Assembly (NCBI RefSeq): GCF_048403405.1 | Contig: NZ_CP183129.1 | Length of the DNA: 64,000 bases | Strand: one strand, 5' to 3' | Source: Escherichia coli | GTDB taxonomy: Bacteria; Pseudomonadota; Gammaproteobacteria; Enterobacterales; Enterobacteriaceae | In this document: positions 41,116 to 60,563 of the stretch, piece by piece | Position numbering within the stretch: position 1 is the stretch's first letter | Layout of the letters: each line of letters begins with the position of its first letter | Program-made: the position numbers and the translations under genes | The notes under the pieces: generated by a model | Seen by the model: only the letters and a program-made list of their open reading frames with translations | Database searches by the model: none | What the model was told of the DNA's origin: nothing

Positions 41116-44100
41116 TCAGTCCGCGTCATACCCCAGATTCGGTGCCAGCCAGCGCTCAACATCTGAGACGCTCATACCTTTACGGCGGGCATAGTCTTCA
41201 ACCTGATCGCGCTGGATTTGCGCCACCGCGTAATACTTGCTGTCCGGGTGGCTGAAGTACCAACCCGAAACCGATGCACCAGGCCACATGGCGAAAGATT
41301 CTGTGAGTTTCATGCCAGTGTGTTTTTCCACTTCCAGCAGCTCCCAGATGGTGGCTTTTTCCGTATGTTCCGGGCAGGCCGGATAGCCCGGTGCCGGACG
41401 GATGCCCTGGTAGTTTTCGCGGATCAGTTCTTCGTTGCTGAGGTTCTCGTTCGGCGCATAGCCCCAGTAGACTTTACGCACACGCTCATGGAGATACTCC
41501 GCAAAGGCTTCGGCTAAACGGTCGGCAAGCGCTTTCACCATGATTTTGTTGTAATCATCGTGCTGCGCTTCAAAGGCATCAGCCAGTGCGTCCTCTTCCA
41601 GCCCGCCAGTCACGGCAAATGCGCCGATGTAATCTGCTTTACCAGAAAGCTTCGGCGCAACGAAGTCAGCGAGACAGTAGTTAGCGAAGCCGGTTTTTTC
41701 GGTCTGTTGACGCAGATGGTGGCTGACGTTGATCACATGGGTGCGCGTTTCGTCACGGTAGATTTCAATGTCATCGCCCACACGGTTTGCCGGGAACAGC
41801 CCCACCACGCCACGCGGATTCAGCGTTTTTTCGGCGCTTAATTTATCCAGCATGTCATTGGCGTCTTTAAACAGACGCTGCGCCTCAACGCCCACCACTT
41901 CATCTTCCAGAATGCGCGGATACTTCCCGGCCAGCGACCAGGTCATAAAGAACGGTGTCCAGTCGATGTAATTACGCAGCGTTTCGATGCTGGCTTCGAC
42001 TTCCTGCACGCCGAGACGGTGCGCCACCGGCGGCGTGTAAGCCTGCCAGTCAAAAGCGAAGTCGTTATCACGCGCCGCTTCCAGCGTGACCGGTGGTGTG
42101 CGTGGTTTCTTGCGCCCGTGCTGAATACGCACGGTTTCGTACTCCTTGCGGGTACGAGCAACGAAATCATCGCGCTGAGTGTCGGAAAGCAGCGCCGCCA
42201 CCACACCAACGGTGCGCGAAGCGTTCTGCACATACACCGTCGGGCCGCTGTAGTTTTGCTCGATCTTCACCGCCGTGTGTGCTTTAGAGGTGGTCGCGCC
42301 GCCAATCAGTAACGGAATGGTGAAGCCCTGACGCTCCATCTCTTTCGCCACGTTAACCATCTCGTCCAGCGACGGCGTGATAAGCCCCGAAAGTCCAATC
42401 AGATCAGCATTCACTTCTTTAGCGGTACGGAGAATTTTTTCCGCAGGCACCATAACGCCGAGATCGACAATTTCGTAGTTGTTACATTGCAGCACCACAC
42501 CAACGATATTTTTACCGATGTCGTGGACGTCGCCCTTCACGGTGGCGATCACCATCTTGCCGTTGGTTTTGCCCTGCTCTTTGCTGGCTTCAATAAACGG
42601 TTCGAGGTAGGCCACCGCCTGCTTCATCACACGCGCCGATTTGACCACCTGTGGCAGGAACATTTTCCCTTCGCCAAACAGATCGCCGACCACGTTCATG
42701 CCGTCCATTAGCGGGCCTTCAATCACCTGAATAGGGCGCTCCGCCTGCAGGCGGGCTTCTTCGGTGTCCTGCTCGATAAACTCGGTAATGCCTTTGACCA
42801 GCGAGTATTCCAGACGTTTATTCACTTCCCACGAGCGCCACTCCGCCTGCTGGGCGTTAGCGGTGTCGTCGGTTTTGCTGCCGCGATATTTCTCGGCAAG
42901 CTCCAGTAAACGCTCAGTGCCATCGTCGCGACGGTTAAGAATCACATCTTCCACCGCGTCGCGCAGTTCAGCGGGTAGGTCGTCGTAAATCGCCAGCTGC
43001 CCGGCGTTGACGATCCCCATATCCATGCCATTGCGAATAGCGTAGTAGAGGAACACCGCGTGAATGGCTTCGCGCACCGGATCGTTGCCACGGAATGAGA
43101 AAGAAACGTTAGATACGCCGCCGGAGATCAGCGCGTGCGGCAGTTCGCGTTTGATGTCTTCACACGCGCCGATAAAATCCTGTGCGTAGTTGTTGTGCTC
43201 TTCAATGCCAGTTGCGACCGCGAAGATGTTCGGGTCGAAGATGATATCTTCTGGCGGGAAGCCAACTTCTTCGGTGAGGATTTTGTACGCCCGACGGCAA
43301 ATCTCGATTTTCCGTGCGCGGGTATCGGCCTGCCCCTGTTCGTCAAAGGCCATTACCACAACTGCCGCACCGTAACGACGCAACAATTTCGCGTGATGGA
43401 TAAAAGCGTCGACGCCTTCTTTCATTGAAATAGAGTTAACAATGCCTTTGCCCTGGATACACTTCAGACCTTTTTCAATGACATCCCATTTTGAGGAGTC
43501 GATCATAATCGGCACGCGAGCGATATCCGGTTCACCGGCAATCAGATTGAGAAAACGCACCATCGCCGCTTCGGCGTCGAGCATCCCTTCATCCATATTG
43601 ATATCGATAATCTGCGCGCCGTTTTCCACCTGCTGGCGGGCCACATCCAGTGCCTCGCTGTATTTCTCTTCTTTGATCAGGCGCTTGAACTTAGCGGAAC
43701 CGGTGACGTTGGTGCGTTCACCCACGTTCACAAACAGGCTATCTTCGCCAATGTTCAGCGGCTCCAGGCCGGACAAACGGCAGGCTACGGGGATTTCCGG
43801 CAGTTTGCGCGGCGCTAATCCTTCTACTGCACGACTCATCGCGGCAATATGTTGTGGCGTGGTGCCACAGCAGCCGCCGACGATATTGAGAAAGCCCGCT
43901 TGCGCCCATTCACGTATTTGTTTTGCCATCGTGTCGGCGTCGAGATCGTACTCACCAAAGGCGTTGGGTAGCCCGGCGTTCGGGTGCGCGGTGACGTAGC
44001 ATTCCGCAATCCGTGATAATTCCTGCACGTACTGGCGCAGTTCGTCTGGCCCCAGCGCACAGTTAAGGCCGAAAGTCAGCGCTTCGGCGTGGCGCAGAGA

Positions 44101-44799
44101 GTTATAAAACGCTTCGGTGGTCTGCCCGGAGAGCGTGCGCCCGGAGGCGTCGGTGATGGTGCCGGAGATCATAATCGGCAGCTCAACGCCCAGCGCTTCA
44201 AACTCCGTTTTCACCGCAAAGACCGCCGCTTTGGCGTTAAGGGTGTCGAAAACGGTTTCAATCAGGATCAGATCCGCACCACCTTCCACCAGCGCTTTGG
44301 TGGATTCGCGATAGGCCGCCACCAGCTGGTCAAAAGTGATGTTGCGGAATGCCGGATCGTTGACGTCCGGAGAAATAGACGCCGTGCGGTTGGTCGGGCC
44401 GAGAACACCGGCAACGTAGCGCGGTTTCTCCGGCGTGCGGGCAGTCCACTCGTCAGCACAAGCGCGCGCCAGTTTGGCGGCAGCGAAGTTGATTTCCGCC
44501 GATAGGGATTCCATCTGGTAATCCGCCATCGCAATGGTCGTGGAGTTGAAGGTGTTGGTTTCGATGATATCCGCGCCCGCTTCAAAGTAGGCGTTATGGA
44601 TAGCGGCGATCACTGCCGGTTTACTGAGTACCAGCAGGTCGTTGTTGCCTTTGAGGTCGCATGGCCAGTCGGCAAAGAGTTCACCACGAAAATCGGCTTC
44701 ATTCAGTCGATAGCTCTGGATCATGGTGCCCATACCGCCGTCCAGCACCAGAATACGTTCATTTAACTGCGCACGCAGTTGTTCCACTTTGCTGCTCAC
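41116..44799 (-). CDS. metH: Cobalamin-dependent methionine synthase, 1227 aa
   Basis: A GTG start (complement of 44797-44799) gives [31 protein letters not shown]... and the protein ends ...APNLGYDAD. All four modules can be read from the translation. Confidence 0.96.
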   Translation of the reverse strand: MSSKVEQLRAQLNERILVLDGGMGTMIQSYRLNEADFRGELFADWPCDLKGNNDLLVLSKPAVIAAIHNAYFEAGADIIETNTFNSTTIAMADYQMESLSAEINFAAAKLARACADEWTARTPEKPRYVAGVLGPTNRTASISPDVNDPAFRNITFDQLVAAYRESTKALVEGGADLILIETVFDTLNAKAAVFAVKTEFEALGVELPIMISGTITDASGRTLSGQTTEAFYNSLRHAEALTFGLNCALGPDELRQYVQELSRIAECYVTAHPNAGLPNAFGEYDLDADTMAKQIREWAQAGFLNIVGGCCGTTPQHIAAMSRAVEGLAPRKLPEIPVACRLSGLEPLNIGEDSLFVNVGERTNVTGSAKFKRLIKEEKYSEALDVARQQVENGAQIIDINMDEGMLDAEAAMVRFLNLIAGEPDIARVPIMIDSSKWDVIEKGLKCIQGKGIVNSISMKEGVDAFIHHAKLLRRYGAAVVVMAFDEQGQADTRARKIEICRRAYKILTEEVGFPPEDIIFDPNIFAVATGIEEHNNYAQDFIGACEDIKRELPHALISGGVSNVSFSFRGNDPVREAIHAVFLYYAIRNGMDMGIVNAGQLAIYDDLPAELRDAVEDVILNRRDDGTERLLELAEKYRGSKTDDTANAQQAEWRSWEVNKRLEYSLVKGITEFIEQDTEEARLQAERPIQVIEGPLMDGMNVVGDLFGEGKMFLPQVVKSARVMKQAVAYLEPFIEASKEQGKTNGKMVIATVKGDVHDIGKNIVGVVLQCNNYEIVDLGVMVPAEKILRTAKEVNADLIGLSGLITPSLDEMVNVAKEMERQGFTIPLLIGGATTSKAHTAVKIEQNYSGPTVYVQNASRTVGVVAALLSDTQRDDFVARTRKEYETVRIQHGRKKPRTPPVTLEAARDNDFAFDWQAYTPPVAHRLGVQEVEASIETLRNYIDWTPFFMTWSLAGKYPRILEDEVVGVEAQRLFKDANDMLDKLSAEKTLNPRGVVGLFPANRVGDDIEIYRDETRTHVINVSHHLRQQTEKTGFANYCLADFVAPKLSGKADYIGAFAVTGGLEEDALADAFEAQHDDYNKIMVKALADRLAEAFAEYLHERVRKVYWGYAPNENLSNEELIRENYQGIRPAPGYPACPEHTEKATIWELLEVEKHTGMKLTESFAMWPGASVSGWYFSHPDSKYYAVAQIQRDQVEDYARRKGMSVSDVERWLAPNLGYDAD

Positions 44800-44960
44800 A
44801 CTTGCTCCCGACACGCTCAACCCAGATTTAATAAAAATTCAACAAACCATACTGGCATAAACGCATCTGTGGTAAAAGCGACCACCACGCAACATGAGAT
44901 TTGTTCAACATTAACTCATCGGATCAGTTCAGCAACTATTGCATTAGCTAACAATAAAAA

Positions 44961-44975
44961 TGAAAATGATTTCCA
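44961..44975 (+). promoter_or_regulatory. IclR operator in the iclR promoter (autoregulation)
   Basis: TGAAAATGATTTCCA compares with the IclR box consensus TGGAAATNATTTCCA. It lies 24 nt upstream of the iclR ATG. Confidence 0.6.
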
Positions 44976-44998
44976 CGATACAGAAAAAGGAGACTGTC

Positions 44999-45823
44999 AT
45001 GGTCGCACCCATTCCCGCGAAACGCGGCAGAAAACCCGCCGTTGCCACCGCACCAGCGACTGGACAGGTTCAGTCTTTAACGCGTGGCCTGAAATTACTG
45101 GAGTGGATTGCCGAATCCAATGGCAGTGTGGCACTCACGGAGCTGGCGCAACAAGCCGGGTTACCCAATTCCACGACCCACCGCCTGCTAACCACGATGC
45201 AACAGCAGGGTTTCGTGCGTCAGGTTGGCGAACTGGGACACTGGGCAATCGGCGCACACGCCTTTATGGTCGGTAGCAGCTTTCTCCAGAGCCGTAATTT
45301 GTTAGCAATTGTTCACCCTATCCTGCGCAATCTAATGGAAGAGTCTGGCGAAACGGTCAATATGGCGGTGCTTGATCAAAGCGATCACGAAGCGATTATT
45401 ATCGACCAGGTACAGTGTACGCATCTGATGCGAATGTCCGCGCCTATCGGCGGTAAATTGCCGATGCACGCTTCCGGTGCGGGTAAAGCCTTTTTAGCCC
45501 AACTGAGCGAAGAACAGGTGACGAAGCTGCTGCACCGCAAAGGGTTACATGCCTATACCCACGCGACGCTGGTGTCTCCTGTGCATTTAAAAGAAGATCT
45601 CGCCCAAACGCGCAAACGGGGTTATTCATTTGACGATGAGGAACATGCGCTGGGGCTACGTTGCCTTGCAGCGTGTATTTTCGATGAGCACCGTGAACCG
45701 TTTGCCGCAATTTCTATTTCCGGACCGATTTCACGTATTACCGATGACCGCGTGACCGAGTTTGGCGCGATGGTGATTAAAGCGGCGAAGGAAGTGACGC
45801 TGGCGTACGGTGGAATGCGCTGA
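44999..45823 (+). CDS. iclR: Glyoxylate-bypass repressor IclR, 274 aa
   Basis: The ATG at 44999 gives MVAPIPAKRGRKPAVATAPATGQVQSLTRGLKLLEWIAESNGSVALTELAQQAGLPNSTTHRLL.... Confidence 0.96.
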   Translation: MVAPIPAKRGRKPAVATAPATGQVQSLTRGLKLLEWIAESNGSVALTELAQQAGLPNSTTHRLLTTMQQQGFVRQVGELGHWAIGAHAFMVGSSFLQSRNLLAIVHPILRNLMEESGETVNMAVLDQSDHEAIIIDQVQCTHLMRMSAPIGGKLPMHASGAGKAFLAQLSEEQVTKLLHRKGLHAYTHATLVSPVHLKEDLAQTRKRGYSFDDEEHALGLRCLAACIFDEHREPFAAISISGPISRITDDRVTEFGAMVIKAAKEVTLAYGGMR

Positions 45824-46139
45824 CTTTTTCTGGCGGGCAGAGGCAATATTCTGCCCATCATACCTGAGTGGCAATAGAATAAGGGTGTCTGTTAATCGCA
45901 TTGACGCCAAAATAACTTATTGTCATACACTTCACACGCTTTTATTACCTCAGCATTATTTTTAAACATCAAACCACTTAATTATTAACAAAATCGCAAG
46001 ATCTCATTCCACCGAAACTTTTACGGCTGCATTATGAGATTGAGCGATTTATGATATTTCTTTACTTGTAATCATATTAAATTTTTTCACTGTTCTGATA
46101 GTTAAAATTCAAGACATCAATAAACAATGAGATATTTAA

Positions 46140-50049
<3,910 letters not shown>

Positions 50050-50088
50050 TTAATTCGCCCCTCGCCTTACGGAAAGGGGCGTTGGTTG

Positions 50089-51393
50089 TTAGAACTGCGA
50101 TTCTTCGGTGGAGCCGGTCAGCGCGGTGACTGAAGACGTGCCGCCCTGAATAATGGTCGTCACTTTATCGAAATAACCTGTACCCACTTCCTGCTGGTGA
50201 GAAACGAAGGTGTAACCATCTTTCGCGGCGGCGAATTCCGGTTGCTGCACTTTCTCAACGTAGTGCTTCATACCTTCGCCCTGGGCATAGGCGTTTGCCA
50301 GGTCAAACATGTTGAACCACATGCTGTGGATACCTGCCAGGGTGATGAACTGGAACTTGTAGCCCATATCCGACAGCTGCTGCTGGAAGCTGGCAATAGT
50401 TTTGTCGTCAAGGTTTTTCTGCCAGTTGAACGACGGCGAGCAGTTATAAGCCAGCAGTTTGCCCGGATATTTCGCGTGGATAGCTTGTGCAAAGCGACGC
50501 GCCAGTTCCAGGTCTGGCGTGGAGGTTTCACACCATACCAGGTCAGCATATGGCGCATACGCCAGGCCACGGCTGATCGCTTGTTCAATACCTGCATGAG
50601 TACGGAAGAAGCCTTCGCTGGTACGCTCGCCGGTAATAAATTCGCTGTCATATGGGTCGCAATCGGAGGTAATCAGATCCGCCGCATCAGCATCGGTACG
50701 AGCAACCAGCAGGGTTGGAACGCCCGTCACGTCAGCTGCCAGACGCGCCGCGACCAGTTTCTGAATAGCTTCCTGAGTTGGCACCAGCACTTTGCCGCCC
50801 ATATGACCGCATTTCTTCACTGATGCCAGCTGATCTTCGAAGTGAACTGCCGCTGCACCGGCTTCAATCATCGCTTTCATCAGTTCAAAGGCATTCAGGA
50901 CACCGCCAAAACCGGCTTCCGCATCAGCAACGATCGGCAGGAAGTAATCGACATAGCGCGGATCGCCCGGCTCAATGCCCGCGGACCATTGGATCTGATC
51001 CGCACGGCGGAAAGTATTGTTGATCCGCTCCACCACAGCTGGCACCGAGTTTGCCGGATAGAGCGACTGATCCGGATACATGCTGGCCGCCAGGTTAGCG
51101 TCCGCCGCTACCTGCCATCCCGACAGATAGACTGCTTCAATACCCGCTTTCGCCTGTTGCAGCGCCTGACCGCCAGTCAGTGCACCGAGGCTGTTGATGT
51201 AGCCTTTTTTCGACTCGCCGTGCAGCAGACGCCACATTTTCGCCGCGCCCAGTTGCGCCAGCGTGCATTCAGGATTGACTGAACCGCGTAATTTCACCAC
51301 ATCTTCCGCGCTGTATGGGCGAGTAATGCCTTCCCAACGCGGTTGAGTCCACTCTTTCTGTAATTCTTCAATTTGTTGTGTACGGGTTTTCAT
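50089..51393 (-). CDS. aceA: Isocitrate lyase, 434 aa
   Basis: The ATG (complement of 51391-51393) gives [38 protein letters not shown].... The KKCGH active-site motif is present. Confidence 0.97.
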   Translation of the reverse strand: MKTRTQQIEELQKEWTQPRWEGITRPYSAEDVVKLRGSVNPECTLAQLGAAKMWRLLHGESKKGYINSLGALTGGQALQQAKAGIEAVYLSGWQVAADANLAASMYPDQSLYPANSVPAVVERINNTFRRADQIQWSAGIEPGDPRYVDYFLPIVADAEAGFGGVLNAFELMKAMIEAGAAAVHFEDQLASVKKCGHMGGKVLVPTQEAIQKLVAARLAADVTGVPTLLVARTDADAADLITSDCDPYDSEFITGERTSEGFFRTHAGIEQAISRGLAYAPYADLVWCETSTPDLELARRFAQAIHAKYPGKLLAYNCSPSFNWQKNLDDKTIASFQQQLSDMGYKFQFITLAGIHSMWFNMFDLANAYAQGEGMKHYVEKVQQPEFAAAKDGYTFVSHQQEVGTGYFDKVTTIIQGGTSSVTALTGSTEESQF

Positions 51394-51422
51394 GTGCAGA
51401 TGCTCCATAGTTATGTGGTGGT

Positions 51423-53024
51423 TTACGCTAACAGGCGGTAGCCTGGCAGGGTCAGGAAATCTATTAACTCATCGGAAGTGGTGATCTGTTCCATCAAGCG
51501 TGCGGCATCGTCAAAACGCCCCTGGGAGAAACGTTCTTCGCCCAGTTCGCTGGCAATGACTTTCATCTCTTCGCCCAGCATCTGGCGGAACAAGGCTTTG
51601 GTCACCGGTTTGCCATTGCTCAACGTTTTTTGATGATGGATCCATTGCCAGATTGAGGTACGGGAAATTTCAGCCGTCGCAGCATCTTCCATCAGGCCAT
51701 AAATCGGCACACAGCCGTTGCCAGAGATCCATGCTTCGATGTACTGCACAGCCACGCGAATGTTGGCGCGCATACCTTCTTCGGTGCGTTCACCATCACA
51801 AGGTGCCAGCAGCTGATCGGCAGTAATCGGCGCGTCTTGTTCGCGCATCACTTCAAGCTGATTTTTACGGGAGCCGAGAATGTCGTTGAATACCGCCATT
51901 GCCGTATCCGCAAGGCCTGGGTGGGCAATCCATGTGCCATCGTGACCGTTATTAGCTTCCAGCGATTTATCCGCTTTTACTTTGTTGAGCACCTGGTTAT
52001 TGCGCTCTTCATCTTTGCTCGGAATAAATGCCGCCATACCGCCCATCGCAAAAGCACCGCGTTTATGGCAGGTTTTAATCAACAGGCGTGAGTAAGCATT
52101 CAGGAAGGGTTTATCCATCGTCACTGCCTGTCTGTCTGGCAGGACGCGATCGGGATAGTTTTTCAACGTTTTGATATAACTGAAGATGTAATCCCAACGA
52201 CCGCAGTTCAGACCAACAATATGGTCACGCAGCGCGTGAAGGATTTCGTCCATCTGGAACACGGCGGGCAGCGTTTCAATCAGCAACGTCGCCTTGATGG
52301 TGCCGCGCGGCAGATTAAAGCGATCTTCTGCATAGCTGAAGACTTCGCTCCACCAGGCCGCTTCCTGCCAGGACTGGGTTTTCGGCAGATAGAAATAGGG
52401 ACCGCTGCCCTTTGCCAACAGTGCCTGATAGTTGTGGAAGAAATAGAGCGCAAAATCAAACAGGCTACCGGGGATTGCCTCACCACGCCAGGTGACATGT
52501 TTTTCCGGCAAGTGCAGACCGCGTACCCGACAAATCAACACCGCTGGATTGGGCTTGAGCTGATAAATTTTGCCTGCTTCATTGGTATAGCTGATGGTGC
52601 CGTTAACCGCATCGCGCAGGTTAATTTGCCCGTTGATCACTTTGTTCCAGTCTGGTGCCAGTGAATCTTCGAAATCGGCCATAAAGACTTTCACATTGGC
52701 GTTGAGCGCGTTGATCACCATCTTGCGCTCAACCGGGCCGGTAATCTCTACCCGACGATCTTCTAAGTCCGCAGGAATCCCGCGAATTTTCCAGTCAGCA
52801 TCGCGAATGGAAGCTGTTTCCGAAATAAAATCAGGCAACGTTCCGTTATCGATATCCTGCTGCTGCTGAATGCGCGCTGCCAGAAGTTTATTGCGTTGTG
52901 GCGTAAAATGCGTCACCAGCTCAGTCAGAAATTCTACCGCTTCGGCAGTAAGAATTTGCTTCTCCTGCTCGCCATACGGCCTTATGAAAGCCAGTTCATC
53001 GGTTGTTGTTGCCTGTTCAGTCAT
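51423..53024 (-). CDS. aceB: Malate synthase A, 533 aa
   Basis: The ATG (complement of 53022-53024) gives [40 protein letters not shown].... Confidence 0.97.
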   Translation of the reverse strand: MTEQATTTDELAFIRPYGEQEKQILTAEAVEFLTELVTHFTPQRNKLLAARIQQQQDIDNGTLPDFISETASIRDADWKIRGIPADLEDRRVEITGPVERKMVINALNANVKVFMADFEDSLAPDWNKVINGQINLRDAVNGTISYTNEAGKIYQLKPNPAVLICRVRGLHLPEKHVTWRGEAIPGSLFDFALYFFHNYQALLAKGSGPYFYLPKTQSWQEAAWWSEVFSYAEDRFNLPRGTIKATLLIETLPAVFQMDEILHALRDHIVGLNCGRWDYIFSYIKTLKNYPDRVLPDRQAVTMDKPFLNAYSRLLIKTCHKRGAFAMGGMAAFIPSKDEERNNQVLNKVKADKSLEANNGHDGTWIAHPGLADTAMAVFNDILGSRKNQLEVMREQDAPITADQLLAPCDGERTEEGMRANIRVAVQYIEAWISGNGCVPIYGLMEDAATAEISRTSIWQWIHHQKTLSNGKPVTKALFRQMLGEEMKVIASELGEERFSQGRFDDAARLMEQITTSDELIDFLTLPGYRLLA

Positions 53025-53130
53025 CGTGCAGCTCCTCGTCATGGATCCGAAAACTTCCCCACTGTGAACGAAGGATCGTTGTGCGCTTTTCGTTCAGCAC
53101 AACTAAGACTACTCATTTAAAATGCAAAAT

Positions 53131-53147
53131 CAAAAACAATTTCCATT
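53131..53147 (-). promoter_or_regulatory. Candidate IclR half-site in the aceBAK promoter
   Basis: The minus strand reads ATGGAAATTGTTTTTGA. The left half matches the IclR box TGGAAAT. The site sits in the AT-rich region about 110 nt upstream of aceB. Confidence 0.4.
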
Positions 53148-53224
53148 TTAATTAAAAATACATGATAACTTATTGATAACAATATGAATAAAATTTATTC
53201 ACCTGCTGAGGTGTGTTTCGGAAA

Positions 53225-53248
53225 TAAAAAAGGCACCCGAAGGTGCCT
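53225..53248 (-). terminator. metA terminator
   Basis: The stem GGCACC (53232-37) pairs with GGTGCC (53242-47) around a CGAA loop. The minus strand then reads TTTTTTATTTCC. Confidence 0.8.
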
Positions 53249-53292
53249 GAGGTAAAGTGCTGAATCGCTTAATGATCGACTATCACAGAAGA

Positions 53293-54222
53293 TTAATCCA
53301 GCGTTGGGTTCATGTGCCGTAGATCGTATGGCGTGATCTGGTAGACGTAATAGTTGAGCCAGTTGGTAAACAGCAAATTACCGTGACTACGCCAGCTCGC
53401 TCGAGGTGTATTTTGCGGATCATTGTGCGGGAAATAGTTATACGGTACATCCGGATCTAGTCCGGCTTCCACATCGCGGAAAAATTCCTGCGCCAGCGTT
53501 TGCGCATCATATTCGGGATGGCCCGTCACAAAGGCAATGCGCTTATCTTTGCTGGCAAACAGATATGCGTCCCCTTCTTCCGTCTCTGCCAGAATTTCCA
53601 GATCGGTGTAATCACGAATCAACGCTGCCGGAAAGTCAGCATAGCGCGAATGCGGTGCCAGGAATGAATCATCAAAGCCACGCGTCAGAAGCGCATGAGG
53701 ATGGAGAATATGATGCTCGTAAACGCCAGAGAGTTTGTCGGTGCGAGTTTGTTTAGGAATGCCGTAGAGGATATTGAGCGCGGCCTGTACCGCCCAGCAG
53801 ACAAACAGCGTCGAGGTGACGTGATCTTTCGACCACTCCAGCACCTGTTTGATCTGCGGCCAGTAAGCGACATCATTAAACTCCACCAGGCCCAGCGGCG
53901 CGCCGGTAACTATCAGACCGTCAAAGTTTTGTTCCTGAATATCTTCAAAGTTACAGTAGAAGTTATTCAGATGCTCTGCGGGCGTGTTGCGCGATTCACG
54001 GGAATCGATGCGCAACAGCTGAATATCGACCTGCAAAGGTGAGTTTGAAAGCAGGCGCAGAAACTGATTTTCAGTTTCGATCTTCTTCGGCATCAGGTTA
54101 AGGATAAGCACCTTTAGCGGACGAATTTCCTGACCAGACGCGCGAGAAGTTGTCATCACAAAGACGTTTTCTTCACGCAAGAAATTGACGGCGGGTAGCT
54201 CGTCCGGCACACGAATCGGCAT
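53293..54222 (-). CDS. metA: Homoserine O-succinyltransferase, 309 aa
   Basis: The translation is [51 protein letters not shown].... Confidence 0.97.
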
Positions 54223-54249
54223 AACCTGATTACCTCACTACATACGCTT

Positions 54250-54273
54250 ATACGTTTAGACATCCAGATAGCT
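54250..54273 (-). promoter_or_regulatory. Tandem MetJ boxes upstream of metA
   Basis: The minus strand reads AGCTATCT GGATGTCT AAACGTAT. These are three contiguous 8-bp repeats related to the metbox consensus AGACGTCT, 28-51 nt upstream of the metA ATG. Confidence 0.6.
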
Positions 54274-54378
54274 GAAGATAACCAGAAAATTTGCCAATGT
54301 CGAGCCTGCATGTTGAAGGTGAGAAAGTTTCAAGGAAAAGGCTACGTTAGAATATAAGAATGACGAAAAGGAGAGAAA

Positions 54379-54822
54379 ATGGTTATTAGTATTCGCCGCT
54401 CACGGCATGAGGAAGGGGAGGAACTGGTTGAGATTTGGTGCCGTTCTGTCGATGCCACTCACGATTTTTTATCAGCAGAGTATCGGGCCGAGCTGGAAGA
54501 GCTGGTGCGTTCCTTCCTGCCGGAAGCGCCGTTGTGGGTCGCGGTTAATGAGCGGGATCGGCCGGTTGGGTTTATGTTGTTAAGTGGGCAGCATATGGAT
54601 GCGCTGTTTATCGATCCTGATGTGCGCGGCTGCGGCGTGGGTCGGATGCTGGTGAAGCATGCGCTCTCAATGGCCCCGGAACTGACAACCAATGTTAATG
54701 AGCAAAATGAGCAGGCGGTTGGGTTCTATAAGAAGGTGGGTTTTAAGGTTACGGGACGCTCTGAGGTGGACGATTTGGGGAAACCGTATCCATTGCTGAA
54801 TCTGGCGTATGTGGGGGAATAA
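54379..54822 (+). CDS. yjaB: GNAT-family N-acetyltransferase, 147 aa
   Basis: The translation is MVISIRRSRHEEGEELVEIWCRSVDATHDFL.... The GNAT motif A (RGCGVGRMLVKHAL) is present. Confidence 0.9.
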   Translation: MVISIRRSRHEEGEELVEIWCRSVDATHDFLSAEYRAELEELVRSFLPEAPLWVAVNERDRPVGFMLLSGQHMDALFIDPDVRGCGVGRMLVKHALSMAPELTTNVNEQNEQAVGFYKKVGFKVTGRSEVDDLGKPYPLLNLAYVGE

Positions 54823-54895
54823 GCTGCCCCTGCCGTGCCTGCCCAGGCTGGAGAAGACGCGCCAGCGTCGCACCCGGCATTTTTTTCACCAACGC

Positions 54896-54921
54896 AAAAA
54901 GGCCATCCTGACGGATGGCCT
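54896..54921 (-). terminator. rrn operon terminator downstream of the 5S gene
   Basis: The stem AGGCCATCC pairs with GGATGGCCT around a TGAC loop (54900-54921). On the minus strand it is followed by TTTTTG. Confidence 0.75.
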
Positions 54922-54934
54922 TTCGCTTAATTTG

Positions 54935-55054
54935 ATGCCTGGCAGTTCCCTACTCTCGCATGGGGAGACCCCACACTACCATCGGCGCTACGGCGTTTCA
55001 CTTCTGAGTTCGGCATGGGGTCAGGTGGGACCACCGCGCTAAGGCCGCCAGGCA
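54935..55054 (-). rRNA. rrfE: 5S rRNA, 120 nt
   Basis: The minus strand reads TGCCTGGCGGCCTTAGCGCGGTGGTCCCACCTGACCCCATGCCGAACTCAGAAGTGAAACGCC...CTGCCAGGCAT. The operon is assigned as rrnE by its purH / metA-yjaB flanks. Confidence 0.97.
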
Positions 55055-55148
55055 AATTCTGTTTTATTAACCCGCTTGTCGCCGGTTAATTTAATCTGTA
55101 TCAGGCTGAAAATCTTCTCTCAATCCGCCAAAACAGCTTCGGCGTTGT

Positions 55149-58052
<2,904 letters not shown>

Positions 58053-58245
58053 TCACAACCCGAAGATGTTTCTTTCGATCCATCATCGTGTTGCGAAAAT
58101 TTGAGAGACTCACGAACAACTTTCGTTGTTCAGTGTTTCAATTTTCAGCTTGATCCAGATTTTTAAAGAGCAAATATCTCAAACATCACCCGAAGATGAG
58201 TTTTGAGATATTAAGGTCGGCGACTTTCACTCACAAACCAGCAAG

Positions 58246-58321
58246 TGGCGTCCCCTAGGGGATTCGAACCCCTGTTACCGCCGTGAAAGGGCGGTGTCCT
58301 GGGCCTCTAGACGAAGGGGAC
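58246..58321 (-). tRNA. gltV: tRNA-Glu (UUC) in the 16S-23S spacer
   Basis: The minus strand reads GTCCCCTTCGTCTAGAGGCCCAGGACACCGCCCTTTCACGGCGGTAACAGGGGTTCGAATCCCCTAGGGGACGCCA (76 nt, with encoded CCA). Confidence 0.97.
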
Positions 58322-58406
58322 GTATCAGTCTGCTTCGCAAGACGCCTTGCTTTTCACTTTCTATCAGACAATCTGTGTGAGCACTGCAAAGCACAGTTCT
58401 TTAAGG

Positions 58407-59948
<1,542 letters not shown>

Positions 59949-60131
59949 AAAAGTTTGATGCTCAAAGAATTAAACTTCGTAATGAATTACGTGTTCACTC
60001 TTGAGACTTGGTATTCATTTTCGTCTTGCGACGTTAAGAATCCGTATCTTCGAGTGCCCACACAGATTGTCTGATAAATTGTTAAAGAGCAGTTGCGACG
60101 CGGCTTTCAGCTCACTGTCGCGAGGTGGCGT

Positions 60132-60159
60132 ATATTACGCTTTCCTCTTTCAGAGTCAA
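60132..60159 (-). promoter_or_regulatory. rrn P2 promoter
   Basis: The minus strand has a -35 TTGACT (60154-60159) and a -10 TAATAT (60132-60137) with a 16-bp spacer. Confidence 0.8.
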
Positions 60160-60241
60160 CCCTGAATTTCAGGATTTTTCTCTTCAACCGAACCGGCTGT
60201 TTGTGTGAAGTGATTCACATCCGCCGTGTCGATGGAGGCGC

Positions 60242-60290
60242 ATTATAGGGAGTTCTCCGCAGGCCGCAATAGAAAAATTGCAGAAAAATG
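60242..60290 (-). promoter_or_regulatory. rrn P1 promoter with an A/T-rich UP element
   Basis: The minus strand has a -35 TTGCGG (60264-60269) and a -10 TATAAT (60242-60247) with a 16-bp spacer. A GC-rich discriminator GCGCC follows -10, and an A/T-rich UP-like stretch lies at 60271-60290. Confidence 0.8.
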
Positions 60291-60440
60291 ACTGACTGCT
60301 GCATTCCCCAGCAAAACCCCGCTTTATACCTTTTTACGCACAGAGTTATCCACAATCATCAATGTAATTTCTGTATTTTTCCCACGGTAAACACTGTCAA
60401 AATTGTGATCACCATTGAAAGAGAAAAATTCGCGAGCGTT

Positions 60441-60456
60441 GCGCAAACGTTTTCGT
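60441..60456 (+). promoter_or_regulatory. PurR operator of purHD
   Basis: GCGCAAACGTTTTCGT compares with the PUR box consensus ACGCAAACGTTTTCNT. It lies 108 nt upstream of the purH ATG. Confidence 0.8.
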
Positions 60457-60563
60457 TACAATGCGGGCGAAAAATAAGGATGCCCCGTTAGGGGCGTTAG
60501 CTGAGTTTTTCGCGAAAAATTCAGCTAACGCTCTCTGTAATAGTCAAATCCAGGGGATTTACC

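Noticed and set aside
55040-55044. The 5S rRNA reads GGCGGCCTTAGCGCGG, whereas I remember GGCGGCCGTAGCGCGG (G13 to U).
   Set aside because: This is a single-base difference at a position I recall as classically heterogeneous among E. coli 5S gene copies and strains. It cannot be evaluated without the other rrf copies.
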